DNA of 64,000 nt from Octopus sinensis (Eukaryota). Positions 51,059 to 63,216 of the stretch are shown here, piece after piece. Every line of letters starts with the position of its first letter. Positions within the stretch are counted from its first letter, which is position 1. Location of the stretch: contig NW_021833019.1 of the NCBI RefSeq assembly GCF_006345805.1, positions 1-64,000 on the forward strand, read 5' to 3'. The notes below the pieces were generated by a model. The model made no database searches. It saw only the letters and a program-made list of their open reading frames with translations, and was not told the DNA's origin. The position numbers and the translations under genes are program-made.

Positions 51059-51392
51059 GATGTACCCGGATCGCAATATCTTTGTGCTCAGCTTCCTAGT
51101 TTGCAAAGATCTATCTATTATGTATTCACATACCTAGTTCACGTGTTAATCGTGTGGATTAAACAAAGTTCACTTGGATTAGTATGTATGGAAAGTGCAT
51201 ACTTGTCTTCAAAAACAATTGCTGGTAATATTGCTTACAGTAAAACTTGTAAATGATACGTAAAGAATAAATTATAGAAATGAAGAAAATAAATGAAAAT
51301 TTGTGTGCATCAGCGCTTGGGACCGCTACCTTTTATGGTAGCTTTCTTTCTCTCTTGAATATGTCCTAAGTTACAAAATCTACTACACTAAC

Positions 51393-52820
51393 TACCGTAA
51401 TCCGGGGAGAATAGGGACTAAGGGGTGAATAGGGACAATAACCGAGAAAAAATATTTTAGAACAATAAAGTTGAGATGACTCAAATTGTTCTCGTTTCTT
51501 TCTAGTTATTTCGTAGGTACATATATATGCCTTTCGGAACTTCCTTTTGTGTAGGAGAGGTTGTACCAGCGAGGGTGCTCCGACCCGCTCAGTTTCTTGC
51601 AGCAGGTTTCCAAACACTCAGTGCACGTGACTGATTTCCCGGAAAATCCATTGGTATCCTTACCACCGCCTATTTCTGCTTTCAGCCCTATTTTAGTGTT
51701 TGTAGTGATGAATACCATGCTGCGACAGTACAAACCAGTTCCTGGAAAGAAAAATACGCCAAAATAGATCCTGAGCGACTAGAGGTCGCCAACGGAACGA
51801 CACTCAGAAAAGCAGAAGAGGACTTCAAAATTCCTAAGAGTGTTCTTAATCGGCACATCAAGTTGGGGAAAATATCAAGAAACGTGGTAGACAGACTTTT
51901 ATTTTCAGGTGAAGAGGAAATTCTTGCTCAAAGGCTCGTGCTGTGCACCTCTTGGGGCTATCTGATGGACTCCTATGATTTGCGACTGATCGTTAAAGGA
52001 TACCTGGATCGTCGAGGTGTCGATGTGAAAAGATTCGAAGGGAATATGCCTGGTGTAGATTGGACTGAGTCATTTCTCCTGTGACATAAAGATAGTTTAA
52101 GAGAACGAATATGCCAAAATATCAAACGAGCAGTTGCTGCCGTCTCCCGACCTAAAATAAACTCAACAATTTAGCTGAGAGCTTAGATGGTATACCTGCA
52201 ACAATATTGTGAACTACGATGAAACAAACCTAACGGACGACCCGGACGGAAAAAGTCATCTACTTCTGTCATGTACGCTGCCGCGACTGATGGTACACTT
52301 CTCCCTCCTTACATTGTGTACAAGGCAGTTAACATATACGACACATGGACATTCGGTGGGCCAAAAGGTGCCCGATACAACTGAAGTAAGTCGGGCTGGT
52401 TTGATCTTCAAAGTTTCAGTGATTAGGTTACAACCATAGCCTTACCTTATCTCATATCATGTTGAAAATACCTAAATCGTGTTTATTCTGCCAATAATAA
52501 TCTGTTCATTTTGTGTCACTTTGTTTACCTGTAATACATCTAGTCTTTTTAATTCTGCCAATAATCTGTTCATTTCATATCACTCTGTTTACTTGTAATA
52601 CATGTAGTCAATAATCTATTCACTTCGTATCACTTTCTTTACCTGTAGTTTTATATTTGTCCGTATTGACCCTACAGCTAGTTGAATAGGTCCAATAATG
52701 TGTTGTATATAACTGTCCCTATTCACCCCCAAAAGACGGGGTGAATAGGGACAGTGTTTTTTTAGTGTGTGTGCCAACGAATTTTGATAAAGTTTCAATG
52801 CGCGTCGGTAGGTTACCGGT
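51393..52820 (+). mobile_element. pogo-superfamily DNA transposon, internally deleted and frameshifted
   Basis: 5' end TACCGTAATCCGGGGAGAATAGGGAC. HTH (TLRKAEEDFKIPKSVLNRH), CENP-B-like WGYLMDSYDLRLIV..PGVDWTESFL, VNYDETNL, VMYAAATDGTLLPPYIVYK, SKSGWFD; the rest of the DDE domain is absent. GGGGTGAATAGGGAC recurs in both orientations at ~52712-52752. The 3' boundary is uncertain. Confidence 0.8.
52487..52650 (+). repeat. Three diverged ~60-bp tandem repeats
   Basis: aataatctgttcattt..tcactttgtttacctgtaatacat..gtc repeated three times. Confidence 0.75.
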
Positions 52821-53457
52821 AGGGACATAAATCCCACTAAATTAATCAGTAAGTGCTATTGCAGTCGCTTAGTGACATGCAAATCTTCTACAGAATGACC
52901 CAGTTGCCACGTACAAATGGGCTGAAGAAAACAACATGCAATTTAATGCAGAAGGATTTCAAGCCATAACAAACATACTTTGGACGAAAAGAAACTGCAA
53001 TCCCTGAGTCAAACACACTGCATGATTTGGGGATTTATATGCGCATCTACACTTCGTTTCCTGTATAAAGCATCAAGATGCTGGTAATGTGTTAGCGAAG
53101 GACCAGAAGAGTATACATGTTCTATGGAGTAAACATGTTCTATGGAGTGAAGATGGAAAAGGTATGTAGTGATATACTTATGGAAACTTCTGGTATAACT
53201 ATTCTTTGGCATGAAGAGTTATACCAGCCCCCAACTGGATGTCACTGTTCCACAAGTGACACCCAACCCATCTAGAGTGAGGAACAGGAACTGCAATAAC
53301 TTGTAATTTAAATATCTTGCAAAAAAATCTGTGAAATCTACATGAGGTGGGGGGTAGATGTTTTCATGAAAAAACTTGACCCCTTTGCTGTCCAAGGTGC
53401 CAGATGAACCAACATCACAACAGGAAACTTGAAAGAGGGCAGTAATATGAAACTTCC
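52585..53457 (+). repeat. Left arm of a long inverted duplication (partner 63217-64000, continues past the window)
   Basis: Colinear reverse-complement match; inner boundary at GAGGGCAGTAAT / ATTACTGCCCTC. Includes the pogo 3' region and a CR1-like RT scrap (WAEENNMQFN). Confidence 0.92.
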
Positions 53458-53617
53458 TCCTTCACCAAAACCAATCAGAGAAGAATGGCCACTGAAAAGG
53501 TGATAATACTGGTAGGGCTCCAGCATAACTACAGCCTTTAGGCTGAAATGCATAAAAGAACATATATATATATATATATATAAATGAAAGAATGGAGTTG
53601 AACGACGATTTAACAAA

Positions 53618-53718
53618 ATTCCTTTATTCTCGACATATGTTTCGAAGACTGTATATTCCTAATTTCGAAGGAATAAGGGGTGCATTATGCCGCCTTCTCA
53701 TCAGGAAAGACAAGGAAC
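53618..53718 (-). ncRNA. Type I hammerhead ribozyme, intact core
   Basis: guuccuugucuuuc-CUGAUGA-gaaggc[...]gucuuc-GAAAC-AUAU-GUC|gagaauaaaggaau. Stem I is 4 bp + 3x3 loop + 7 bp; stem II is extended; the stem III loop is palindromic. Predicted cleavage between 53632 and 53631. Confidence 0.9.
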
Positions 53719-53803
53719 TTATGTCAGCATCATGATGATTATCACTATGGACTCTGTGTGGGCAGTCATCTAAAAGTTTTTGTTCATCATGATGCTGACA
53801 TAA

Positions 53804-53904
53804 GTTCCTTGTCTTTCCTGATGAGAAGGCGGCATAATGCACCCCTTATTCCTTCGAAATTAGGAATATGCAGTCTTCGAAACATATGTCAAGAATAAAG
53901 GAAT
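53804..53904 (+). ncRNA. Type I hammerhead ribozyme, intact core, one stem I mismatch
   Basis: CTGATGA 53818-53824, stem II 53825-53830/53873-53878, GAAAC 53879-53883, ATAT, GTC 53888-53890. The first base after the cleavage site is A, giving a C-A mismatch. Confidence 0.88.
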
Positions 53905-54844
53905 TTTGTTAAATCGTCGTTCAACTCCATTCTTTCATTTATTTGTATTAAAAAAAACACACAAATTTCCACACGAAAGCACGTGATCTCTGCCCTTGGT
54001 ATGTAGCTTCAACCATGTTTTTCTGACGTGAATTTGCTACCCGGGTATCGGTTAACCGAATTATCCATACTAGAATAATTCATTCAACTACTTATATATA
54101 TATATTATATATATATATATACGTGCATGAGTTGTCTAAGTGTTCATAAATCAGGGAAATGATGCACTTGTATATCTGTCAATAAAGTGGGTATGTTATG
54201 CAAAATGTACAGTATTATATACCCATTACAGTTGATCTTAAGAAGTGGTTTCATGCCAGGAATACAATGGAGTGTTAGTTAACAATCAGATTATAGAACC
54301 TTATGCTCGTCAGGGTTAGCCAAAATGGTTCTAGCTAGCTAATTAACACTCATATCTACATTCTGCTCTGTATTTGTCTACTGTCATAAAATTGAAAATC
54401 ATTTAAACCAAATAACAAAAAAGAAAGAAAAAATTAATAACAGCAGTGCCCAAGCAATACCACAGTCTTTGATCTGGAACATGTAAAAGACTGAAAATGT
54501 AACATTCACAGCTATTTGCTAATTAAGGTAATTTCACTTTAATTTAACTATCTATCAATATATCATTTAATGCATAAATTTATAGATCTTCATGGCGTTA
54601 TTTCACAGCCTTAGACATTTTGAGTGTGCCTATGATTTCAATACACAAATGCAGAATAATATAGCTCTTCTCTCCCTCTCTCTTTCTTTCTCTCTCTTCT
54701 CTCCTAGTTTTCCCTTCTCCCTTTTCTCTCTTCTTTGTCTCCAGTTAAGTTATTACCTCCCTTGGCATAAACATAACCCACAAACGGATCAGCCAGACTC
54801 AAGGAACACATAGAATAGTATCAAAGATAAGAATAGTTATAATA

Positions 54845-54908
54845 ACAGCAGCAACAGCAGCAGCAGCAGTAGTAGTAGTAGTAGCAGCAGCAGCAGCACC
54901 AGCAGCAA
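54845..54908. repeat. Compound (CAG)/(TAG) trinucleotide microsatellite
   Basis: Direct reading. Confidence 0.9.
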
Positions 54909-55054
54909 GAAGAAATAGCAATGGTGATTAACCTTGATAGCTCTAAAGATGATTACAAGCAAATTAATGTGCCCACAGGAGGCTTTTCACAAAAGAGCAA
55001 CAAAAAAAAAACAGGTATGAACAACTATCATGTGGTAAATGATAGCAATAATAT

Positions 55055-57720
55055 TGATAATAATAATAATCATTGTTTAACGTCCGCTTTCCATGCTGGT
55101 ATGGGTTGGATGGTTTGACTGAGGAATGGTAAGCCAGGCTCTAATCTCATCTGGCAAGGTTTCTACAGCTGGATGCCCTTCCTAACACCAATCATTCCAA
55201 GAGTGTAGTGGATGCTTTTTATGTGCCACCAGCACAGGGGCCAGTCAGGTGGTACTGGCATTGACCATGCTTGGATTGTGGCTTTTTATGTGCCACTGGC
55301 ATAGGAGCCAGTCAGTCGGTACTGGCATTGACCATGCTCAAAAGGTGCTTTTTATGTTCCACTGGCACGAGTGCCAGTAGGGGACACTGGCATTGGCTAC
55401 ACTTGAATAGTGATTTTTATGTGCCACCAGCATGGGTGCTAATCAGGCAGCACTGGCATTGGCCACAACTACGATTTCACTTGACTCAACAGGTCTTCTT
55501 AAGCACAGCATATTGCCCGACAATTGAAGGGTACTTTTAAATGAACCAGTTATGCAACACTTGCATCAGCCATGGCTATGATCTCACTTGGCTTGCCGGG
55601 TCTTCCCAAGCACAGCATAACTCCAAAGGTCTCGGTCACTTGTCATTGCCCCTGTTAGGCCTAACAATCTCACTTGGCTTGCCAGGTCTTCCCAAGCACA
55701 GCATAACTCCAAAGGTCTCAGTCACTTGTCACTCTGTTAGGCCTAACGTTCACAGGTCATGCTTCACTACACCATCTCATGTCTTCCTGTGTCTACCTCT
55801 TCCACAAGTTCCCTCCACTGTTAGGGTGTGATACTTCTTCACACAGCTGTCCTTATCCATACGCAACACATGACCATAGAAGAACAGTTGCCTCTCTTGC
55901 ACACCACATCTGATGTTTCTTATGTCCAACTTTTCTCTCAGGGTGCTTACACTCTGTCATGTATGCACACTGACATTACACATCCAGTGGATCTACTAGC
56001 TTCATTACTTTCAGATCTATGCATGTCATCAGCAGTCACAGCCCATGTTTCACTGCAATGTAGCATTGCTGTTTGCACACATGCATCATACAGTCTACCT
56101 TTCACTCTGAGCAAGAGGCCCCTTGTTACTAGAAGAGGTAGCAGCTCTCTGAACTTTGCCCAGGCTATTCTTATTCTAGCAGCTACACTTTCAGAGCATC
56201 CACCCCAGCTACAGACTTGGTTACCTAGGTAACGGTAGCTATCAACTACTTGTAGTTTTTCCCTCTGGCATGTGATGGAATCTGTTTTCTGTATATCTTG
56301 GGTGTTTATTGCCCCTGTGCAGCTACCACACACAAAAACTATTTTCCCAGTTAACCTTCCTTTGATAATGCTTCGCCTCTTATGTGTCCGTAGCTTACAC
56401 TGGGTACATCTCATGGAGTTTCTACCTAAGCCTTTTTTACAGGTCGAGCAGGGCCTGAAGGGAATTGTGATTTGTCTGTCTTCCTACTCACTAAGGCTTT
56501 GTTTTTTTGCTAGGTTGACTAAAGCCCTTCAATTTTAGACCTTGTTTCAACACTTGGAACTTCTCTAGTTCTGGTAATGACTCAACTATTAGAGCAAGAT
56601 CATCAGCATAGAGGAGCTGCCAGGGGCACCCTATCTTGAATATCTCTGTTATTGCTTGGAGGACACTGATGAATAAGAGGGGACTGAGGACTGATCCGTG
56701 GTGAATACCCTACTTCTACTCAGAATTCTTCACTATACTTGTTGCCAACCCTCACCTTACTGACAGCATCCCTGTACATGGCTTGTACAGTTCTCACCAA
56801 CCTCTCATCTATTCCTAGTTTCTGCATTGACTAGCAGATAAGGGATCAGAGGATCCTGTCAAAAGCTTTCTCCATGTCAACAAAAGGCAAGTACAGAGGC
56901 TAGGTGTTTCTCCTGCAACTGTCTTACTAGAAAATACAGCATCAGTGGTGCTTTTCCCTGGCACAAACTCACACTACATCTCGTCTAAACTAACTCTCTC
57001 CCTAATTAGTTGGGCTATGACCCTCTCTGTGACTTTCATCACCTGGTCCAACAATTTGATACTTTTGTAATTATTCCTATCTAACACATCACCTTTACCT
57101 TTGTAGTAGTTGACTATGATGTTGCTACACAAGTGATTGGGTATGACTTCATGTATCACCTGGTTGACTATATGGGTGACTAGACTATATTCTATACTAC
57201 CAGATATTTTAAGCATCTCAGCTGTGATTCCTGATGAGCCAGGGGTTTTCTCTGTTTTCATACCCTTAATTGCTTTACCAAAGTACTGTCAATTTGAATA
57301 GCTGATCCCTTTGTTGGGTCGACATTTGGCAGACTCTCTTTCTCCCATTCATTCTCTTCATTTAGCAATCTTTCACATTGGTGTCTCCAAGTCTCTCTCT
57401 TTGCAGCATCATTAAGTGCAAGTGAATCATCATATAAGCAGACACATTTCTCTCCTATGACATTACAATTCTCTCTCACACACTGTCTTACAATACGAAA
57501 CACTTCAAGGCTCTGGTCCTCACAATGTAAAACATTGGGAAATTTTTTTCTTATCTACTTCCCCTCTGGCTAAGTAAACCTGTCTCCTAGCTTCCCTTCT
57601 AGTGATCTGATGCAGTTCCCTGCTACCACCACACTTCCAGCCCTTCCATTCCTGTTTTTTTTCCCTAATGGCCCTATCAACTACACTGTTCCACCACCAC
57701 ATTACCTTAGGTTGAGAGGG
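55055..57720 (-). mobile_element. Degraded RTE LINE (~2.7 kb: linker, RT with PHD-like finger, 3' UTR)
   Basis: WRHQCERLLNEENEW, KTPGSSGITAEMLK, KGKGDVLDRNNYKSIKLLDQVMKVTERV, VGIHHGSVLSP, YADDL, finger, ARIRIAWAKFRELLPLL. Same 3' UTR as 9580-9820, with an internal ~85-bp duplication at 55580-55748. Confidence 0.92.
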
Positions 57721-57879
57721 GTCTTTGCACCACCCACAGATAATAATAATAATAATGACGATGATGATTTCTTTTATTTGTCACCAGGGCAAAGGATGAG
57801 GGGACAATACAAAGACATAATGTGTTGGGGTTTACATATAATGGAATGATAAAATAAAAAGTATACAGGGCATACATTA

Positions 57880-59470
57880 GAAGAAAGGAAGTATACATAG
57901 TATGTGACACTAGAAAAAGAGGAAAAAAAAAGAAAAAGGATCGTGATGGGGTATCCCCTGATTCAGGAGGACCTCTAGGATAATCAAGGAACCCCACCAT
58001 CCATGATCACCCTGAGTACTAAGGATGAGAACCCACTCCAACTTCTCTCTTCTGACTCATAGGTCTACACTGAGAATGGTACCATTCACTCTTGCCATTT
58101 TAGCAACTTTCACCCACCTCTTCATATAGATTCACTCGAGGACAGCACCTCCCTCTCCACCCTCACATGCCTTTCCAAGGGAAACTTGAAAAAGTCGATG
58201 AGAGCTTTACCAAAGAGGAATATTTATGTCCTCATTCCTTTCAGCCACATCCACCAGATAACCTCTTTTGCCACAGCCACCAGACAAAGGAAGACTGCCT
58301 TTCCAGCCTGATTAAAGGAGGGTGGCAGGGCAATCATCATTATGGACTTGGACAATAGACGGATCTGTCCTACATGCAACAGCAGCAGTTCAACATAACT
58401 CCACAAGTTAGCAATGCCCAAACACAGAACAAGTGCATGCAGAATGGTTTTGTCATTCTGCAAGCACCTCAGACAAGCCCATCTGACAACACATCCGTGC
58501 CTGTAGAGTTTATCTTGATCCAGTAGTGCCCCCCGGTAGCACTGCCAGGACAATGACATCTGGAAATTATCCATAACAGTCCCTGACCAGAAAGTCCTCT
58601 GGAACAGAGTTGCCAGTTCATCTTTGTCGATACCTATGGTCTTCCCCGAGGACGTCATCGCACTTCACTGCTGCTAATCCACTGTAAATATCTAGTGGAA
58701 CATCCATCGATCCTATTGCCTGACTTGTAGAGGACAGTGAGCTCTTGACAACATTCTAAGTGCCAGGCGCCCCATCTCAGCCTATACTTTACCCAATACT
58801 GCAGCTCCATCACGGAGATGAGCTTCAGAAAGGCATGCCTCACAAATGGAGCCCACAACACATTCACCTTCAAGAAATCACTGCAGGTGGCATGACCTGA
58901 GTGTGTGGCTGCGCATTAAAATCCATGGCATGCCTAAGCTGCTATGCAAAGGAAGTTGGCAGCAGACTGACCACCTGACCATTGAAATGCGCCCTTTCCA
59001 CAAGAAAATAAACAGGATATGCTCCAATCTACTCAAGCAGTAACTGGGACATAGGACAATGGTTAGACAATAAATAATGACAGAGATGATGTAGGCATTC
59101 GCCACCTCTGCTGACCTTTCAGGAACAACTTCTTCTCTGCCCATTTCTGGGTAAGAGAGGTCACCCTGTTTGTCACCTCTTCCCAATTCTTATCCACCTG
59201 GAGGTCGGGACCAAACCAGATCCTGAGCAATTTTACTGGTCCATCAGTCCAGCATCCAATGGCATTGATCTGCTTCTCCAGATGCCCAGTTGCAATCCCA
59301 CCAACTTGTTGGCATTGATTTTAGCCCCTACAACTCACCTCATATTCCTTCACAATGGAGCCAACCATCTCCACTTTGGAGGTTTCCGACACCATGACAA
59401 TGACATCGTCCACATATCCAGACAGTGCCCTCTTCTTATTGTTTATTTACCTTCGTCAAGAGTCACAGCA
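57880..59470 (-). mobile_element. Degraded L1/Tx1-clade LINE (RT C-terminus and zinc-binding region)
   Basis: WTDGPVKLLRIWFGP, AEVANAYIISVIIY, ILFIFLWKG..VRWSVCCQLP..LGMP, WQCYRGALL, CLRCLQNDKTILHALVLC. Confidence 0.8.
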
Positions 59471-59489
59471 ATCTATGTAAATTAATGAT

Positions 59490-60088
59490 AATAATAGAAG
59501 TCCTTTCCACTAAAGCCACGGGGCCTGAAATTTGTTGAGAGGGGACTAGTCAGTTACATCGACCCGGGTGTTATTTTATCGATCCTGAAAGGATGAAAGG
59601 CAAAGTCAACCTGAGCAGAATTTGAAATCAGAATGTGAAGAAATATCACTAAGCACATTAATAATAATGGCATGAATTTTGGCAGTAATTTCAGGGAGGG
59701 GTTTAATCTATTACATCGATCCCAGTACCCAACTGGTATCTCTTTTAATATCCCTGAAAGGATGAAAGACAAAGTTAACTTCAGCAGAATTTGAATTCAG
59801 AACATAAGGATGGATGAAATCCCACTAAGCATTATTCCCAGCATGCTAACAGTTCTAACTTAATAATAATAATAATCCTTTCTACTAAAGACACAAAGCC
59901 TGAAATTTGGGGAGAAGGGAATAGTCAATTTGATCAACCACAGTGTTTCACTGGTACTTATTTTATTGATCCTGAATGGATGAAAAGCAAAGTTGACATC
60001 AGCAGAATTTGAACTCAGAACGTAGCAATAGACAAAATACCACTAAGCATTTTGTGCAGCATACTAACAGTTCTACCAGCTTACTGCC
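59490..60088 (-). mobile_element. Three same-orientation SINE copies in tandem (family of 50830-51058)
   Basis: GATCC(T/C)GAAAGGATGAAAG.CAAAGT..AC.T.AGCAGAATTTGAA.TCAGAA occurs at ~59580, ~59752 and ~59968, with (TAA)n tails between copies. Confidence 0.85.
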
Positions 60089-60099
60089 TTAAAAGAGCA

Positions 60100-60330
60100 G
60101 TTTGTAGGGGCATAGAATTGCCAAATGGAAAGAGAATGGAAGACCCCAGATGATGAGGGGTACAAGTACCTTGGGATCCTAGTGTTGGACAATATCTTGC
60201 ATGGAGAAATGAAAGACAATGTCATCATAGCATATTTGAAGTGCCTTAAACTCCTTGAAATCAAAGTGCAACTCAAGCAACCTTGTGACTGCCATCAACA
60301 TATGGGCTGTTACTGCAGTGCACTAATCAA
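60100..60330 (+). mobile_element. R2/R4-group LINE RT C-terminal fragment
   Basis: GIELPNGKRM..DEGYKYLGIL..EMKDNVIIAYLKCLK..KSKCNSSNLVTAINIWAV. Confidence 0.75.
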
Positions 60331-60429
60331 CAATGCTTCGGTACTGGACAAGTGCAGGCAGGATGGTTTCATGCTTCTGAATGCATCTCAGACATGCTTG
60401 GCTTATGGCACTTCCATGCCTGTAGGGTT

Positions 60430-61870
60430 TATCTTGAACCAGTAATGCTCTCCAGTAGCACTGCCATGCCAGAGATTTCTAGAAATTATCTGTCTGCTTT
60501 GGGCTGAAATTTCTCTGAGAGAGCAGTTTGTTGATGGTCTTCACTGCCCAAGTCTCCCTAAGAATATCATCACTTTTACCCACCACTAATCCTCTATAGA
60601 ATGCTGAAGTGAATTTTCCACCTATCACCATACGTGACGGGCTGAGGGTTATGAGTGCTTGAAGACATTCTATATTTCAAGTGCTCTCTCTCACAATCTT
60701 GTCAACAAGACAAGCAAGGCCAACACATGTCTGGCAAACGTCAACCATATCTGTTCACTGGAGATATTGGAGATGCATAGCATCAGTGCATGTTTGCACA
60801 TCATAAGCCATGGCATGCCCAGTCCAACCATGCAGTGGATGTGGACAGTAGATGGATTGCCTGACCATGGGAATGCATCCCTTTCACAAAATGTGAAAGA
60901 GTATATGCTTTAGTGCAGCCAGGTGGGGATCATGACATAGCATGATGATCAGGTGGTAATAGATAATGAACAAGATGTACACATTAGCCACTTCAGCCCA
61001 ACCCTTCAAGGATAGCTGCCATGTAGCATGGCTGTTTGTACACATGCATCAAACAGTCTACCTTTTACTTTGAGCGAGAGGTCATTTGTCACCAGCAGAG
61101 GTAGGAGCTCTCAGAACTTTGCCCAGGCTATTCTTATTCTAGCAGCTACGCTTTCAGAGCATCCATCCCTACTACTAACTTGGTCCCCTAGCTAATGGAC
61201 GCTAGACTTCTTTCAAACTGAAAGTATTCACACATTACAATAGTAATACTGAAATAATGTAAGAGATAAGAGATTGCTCTAGGCTTGCATTAGGCAAGAA
61301 GTTGAAACTTTTTTTGGCCCATGACACTGCATAGACCCTAAGTAAGGCATGTGTAAAATTTGAGTGAAATCGGTTGTGTAGTTCTCAAATTTTAGGGATT
61401 CACGCAGACAGACAGATAGACACACATTCTTATTTTTATACATTAGCCACTTCTGCCCAACCCTTCAAGGAAAGCTTCTTCTCAGGACATTTCTGGATGA
61501 GAGTAGTCACCTCGCTCATCACTCCATCCCAGTTTTATTTTTTGTCAATCTGGAGGTCAATATAAAACCAGACCCTAAGCAATTTAGCCAATCTGTCCAT
61601 CCAGCACTCAACAATGCTGTTGAATAGCATAGACTTTTCTTTCCAGGTGCCAAGCTGCAAGCCCTCTGACTTTACCTGGTTAATTTTCACTCCTTTATAC
61701 TCCCTAAGTGCAGTCCCAATCATCTCAATGATTTTGGTTTTTGACATCATCAGCAAATGCTCACACAGTATTCCCCACAGTGTATCCAGATGGTACACTA
61801 GTTGTTTGAGAGTCAATAAATACAACAGAGATGAGAGTAGAGGAGACAAACTGGCAGACCAAGTGTATGA
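60430..61870 (-). mobile_element. Second degraded L1/Tx1 LINE copy, interrupted at 61013-61439
   Basis: KSEGLQLGTWKEK, AKLLRVWF, LSLKGWAEVA; homologous to 57880-59470. Confidence 0.7.
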
Positions 61871-62264
61871 CGTTGAACAGTTCCAAGAGGTGACTGCTCA
61901 CTCTCACTATTGAACAGGTGTTACTGTACATTGGAGTGATCCATACCTTGAATATGGGCCCAAAACTGGCTGTCTTGAGGACTGCTACCAGGTACCAGTG
62001 GTCAACCCTATTGAAAACTTTGGATTGACCTTAATTGATCAGCGCCCCACCAATTTCTGGTTTTTGAGCCATTTTCGTAGATGGATCTTTTGGGGATGGT
62101 GTATGTCTGTACCTCCCCTTACCAGGCCACTGATGACATGCACCAACCTCATAGCTGACTGACCATCTGAAAATGATGGCTTCATATGTAGTTGATGCAT
62201 TGTAGCTCATACTAGCACTCTAGAAACTGAGCCACTTAAATGCCAAGGCAATTCACTATAAGTA

Positions 62265-62830
62265 ATTGATGGCTTTTCTTACATGGGAGATGTGATTAGC
62301 AAGATTACTCTGAAAGCATAGTACTCAGAGTAAGAATGGGCTGGAAAAGCTCAGGGATTTACTAGCACTGCTGAAAACAAAGGTCTTTTCCTCCATAAGG
62401 AAAGGCAGAATATATGTTACATGTGTTAGAACTGCAATGCTGCACGCCAGTGAGACATGGGCCTTGAATGCAGAGAACATAATAGGTTGGAAAGAAATAA
62501 AGTTAGCATGCTCCTTTGGATGTGCAAGGTAAGAATGCATGAACATTACAATATAAATGACCTGAGAAAAAGACATTTATACTAAGAGGAATCAATGTAA
62601 TGTGATGTACTAAGAGGAATCATGTAATGTGCAAGAGAAAAGACTATTCTGGTATGAGAATGTGATGTAAATGGATGAGGACAGCTGTATAAAATGTGAT
62701 GATCACTAAATATAGCTAGAGCCTGTAAATGATGAAGATCCAGGAAGATACAGAATAAAGTAATCGAGGTTGACCTCAGGACTCTGAACATCACAGACGA
62801 AAATAACAAACGATTGGCATATTTGGTGAT
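62265..62830 (+). mobile_element. Degraded RTE LINE RT C-terminal fragment
   Basis: DGFSYMGDVIS, RLERNKVSMLLWMC, and a GRSRKIQNKVIEVDLRTLNIT-type end. Confidence 0.7.
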
Positions 62831-63216
62831 ATGAAGTTCTTATGAAAACTTGCTCACTATGATAAAAATGTTTTCTAGAAGCACTGCATGGGGATATATT
62901 ATATACTAGCAGCGATACTTGGCATTACTCAAGATGAAAATGGCATAGTTTGTATATAATATATTACAGTTATGTTGAAACAGACGATATGGGAAAGTAC
63001 AGCATTGACAACAAAACATTTGTGGAGTAAATGATGGCTAATTCGACTAAGCAACATGCTATGTGTCCATTTAGAGTATCTCATGAAAAATTGGAGTATG
63101 TCATGGAAAATTGCGGGCAGCGGTTATGTGATTTTTGAAGACACCAAAAAGCTGTCAGTGGATATACTCTCTTTTGCAGCAGTCGGTGCTGTGTCTAAAA
63201 CGACCCATCATCTGAA

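Larger units (their letters stand above)
53580..53942. repeat. Near-perfect palindrome: 159-bp arms, 45-nt spacer (Penelope-like terminal fragment with inverted copy)
   Basis: 53580-53738 is the reverse complement of 53784-53942 with 2 mismatches seen. Confidence 0.97.

Noticed and set aside
52487-52650. CRISPR-like or regulatory repeat array
   Set aside because: The repeats are contiguous and diverged with no unique spacers, in a eukaryotic transposon context.
54845-54908. Possible polyglutamine exon
   Set aside because: The CAG run is interrupted by TAG repeats, has no convincing splice context and sits among repeats.
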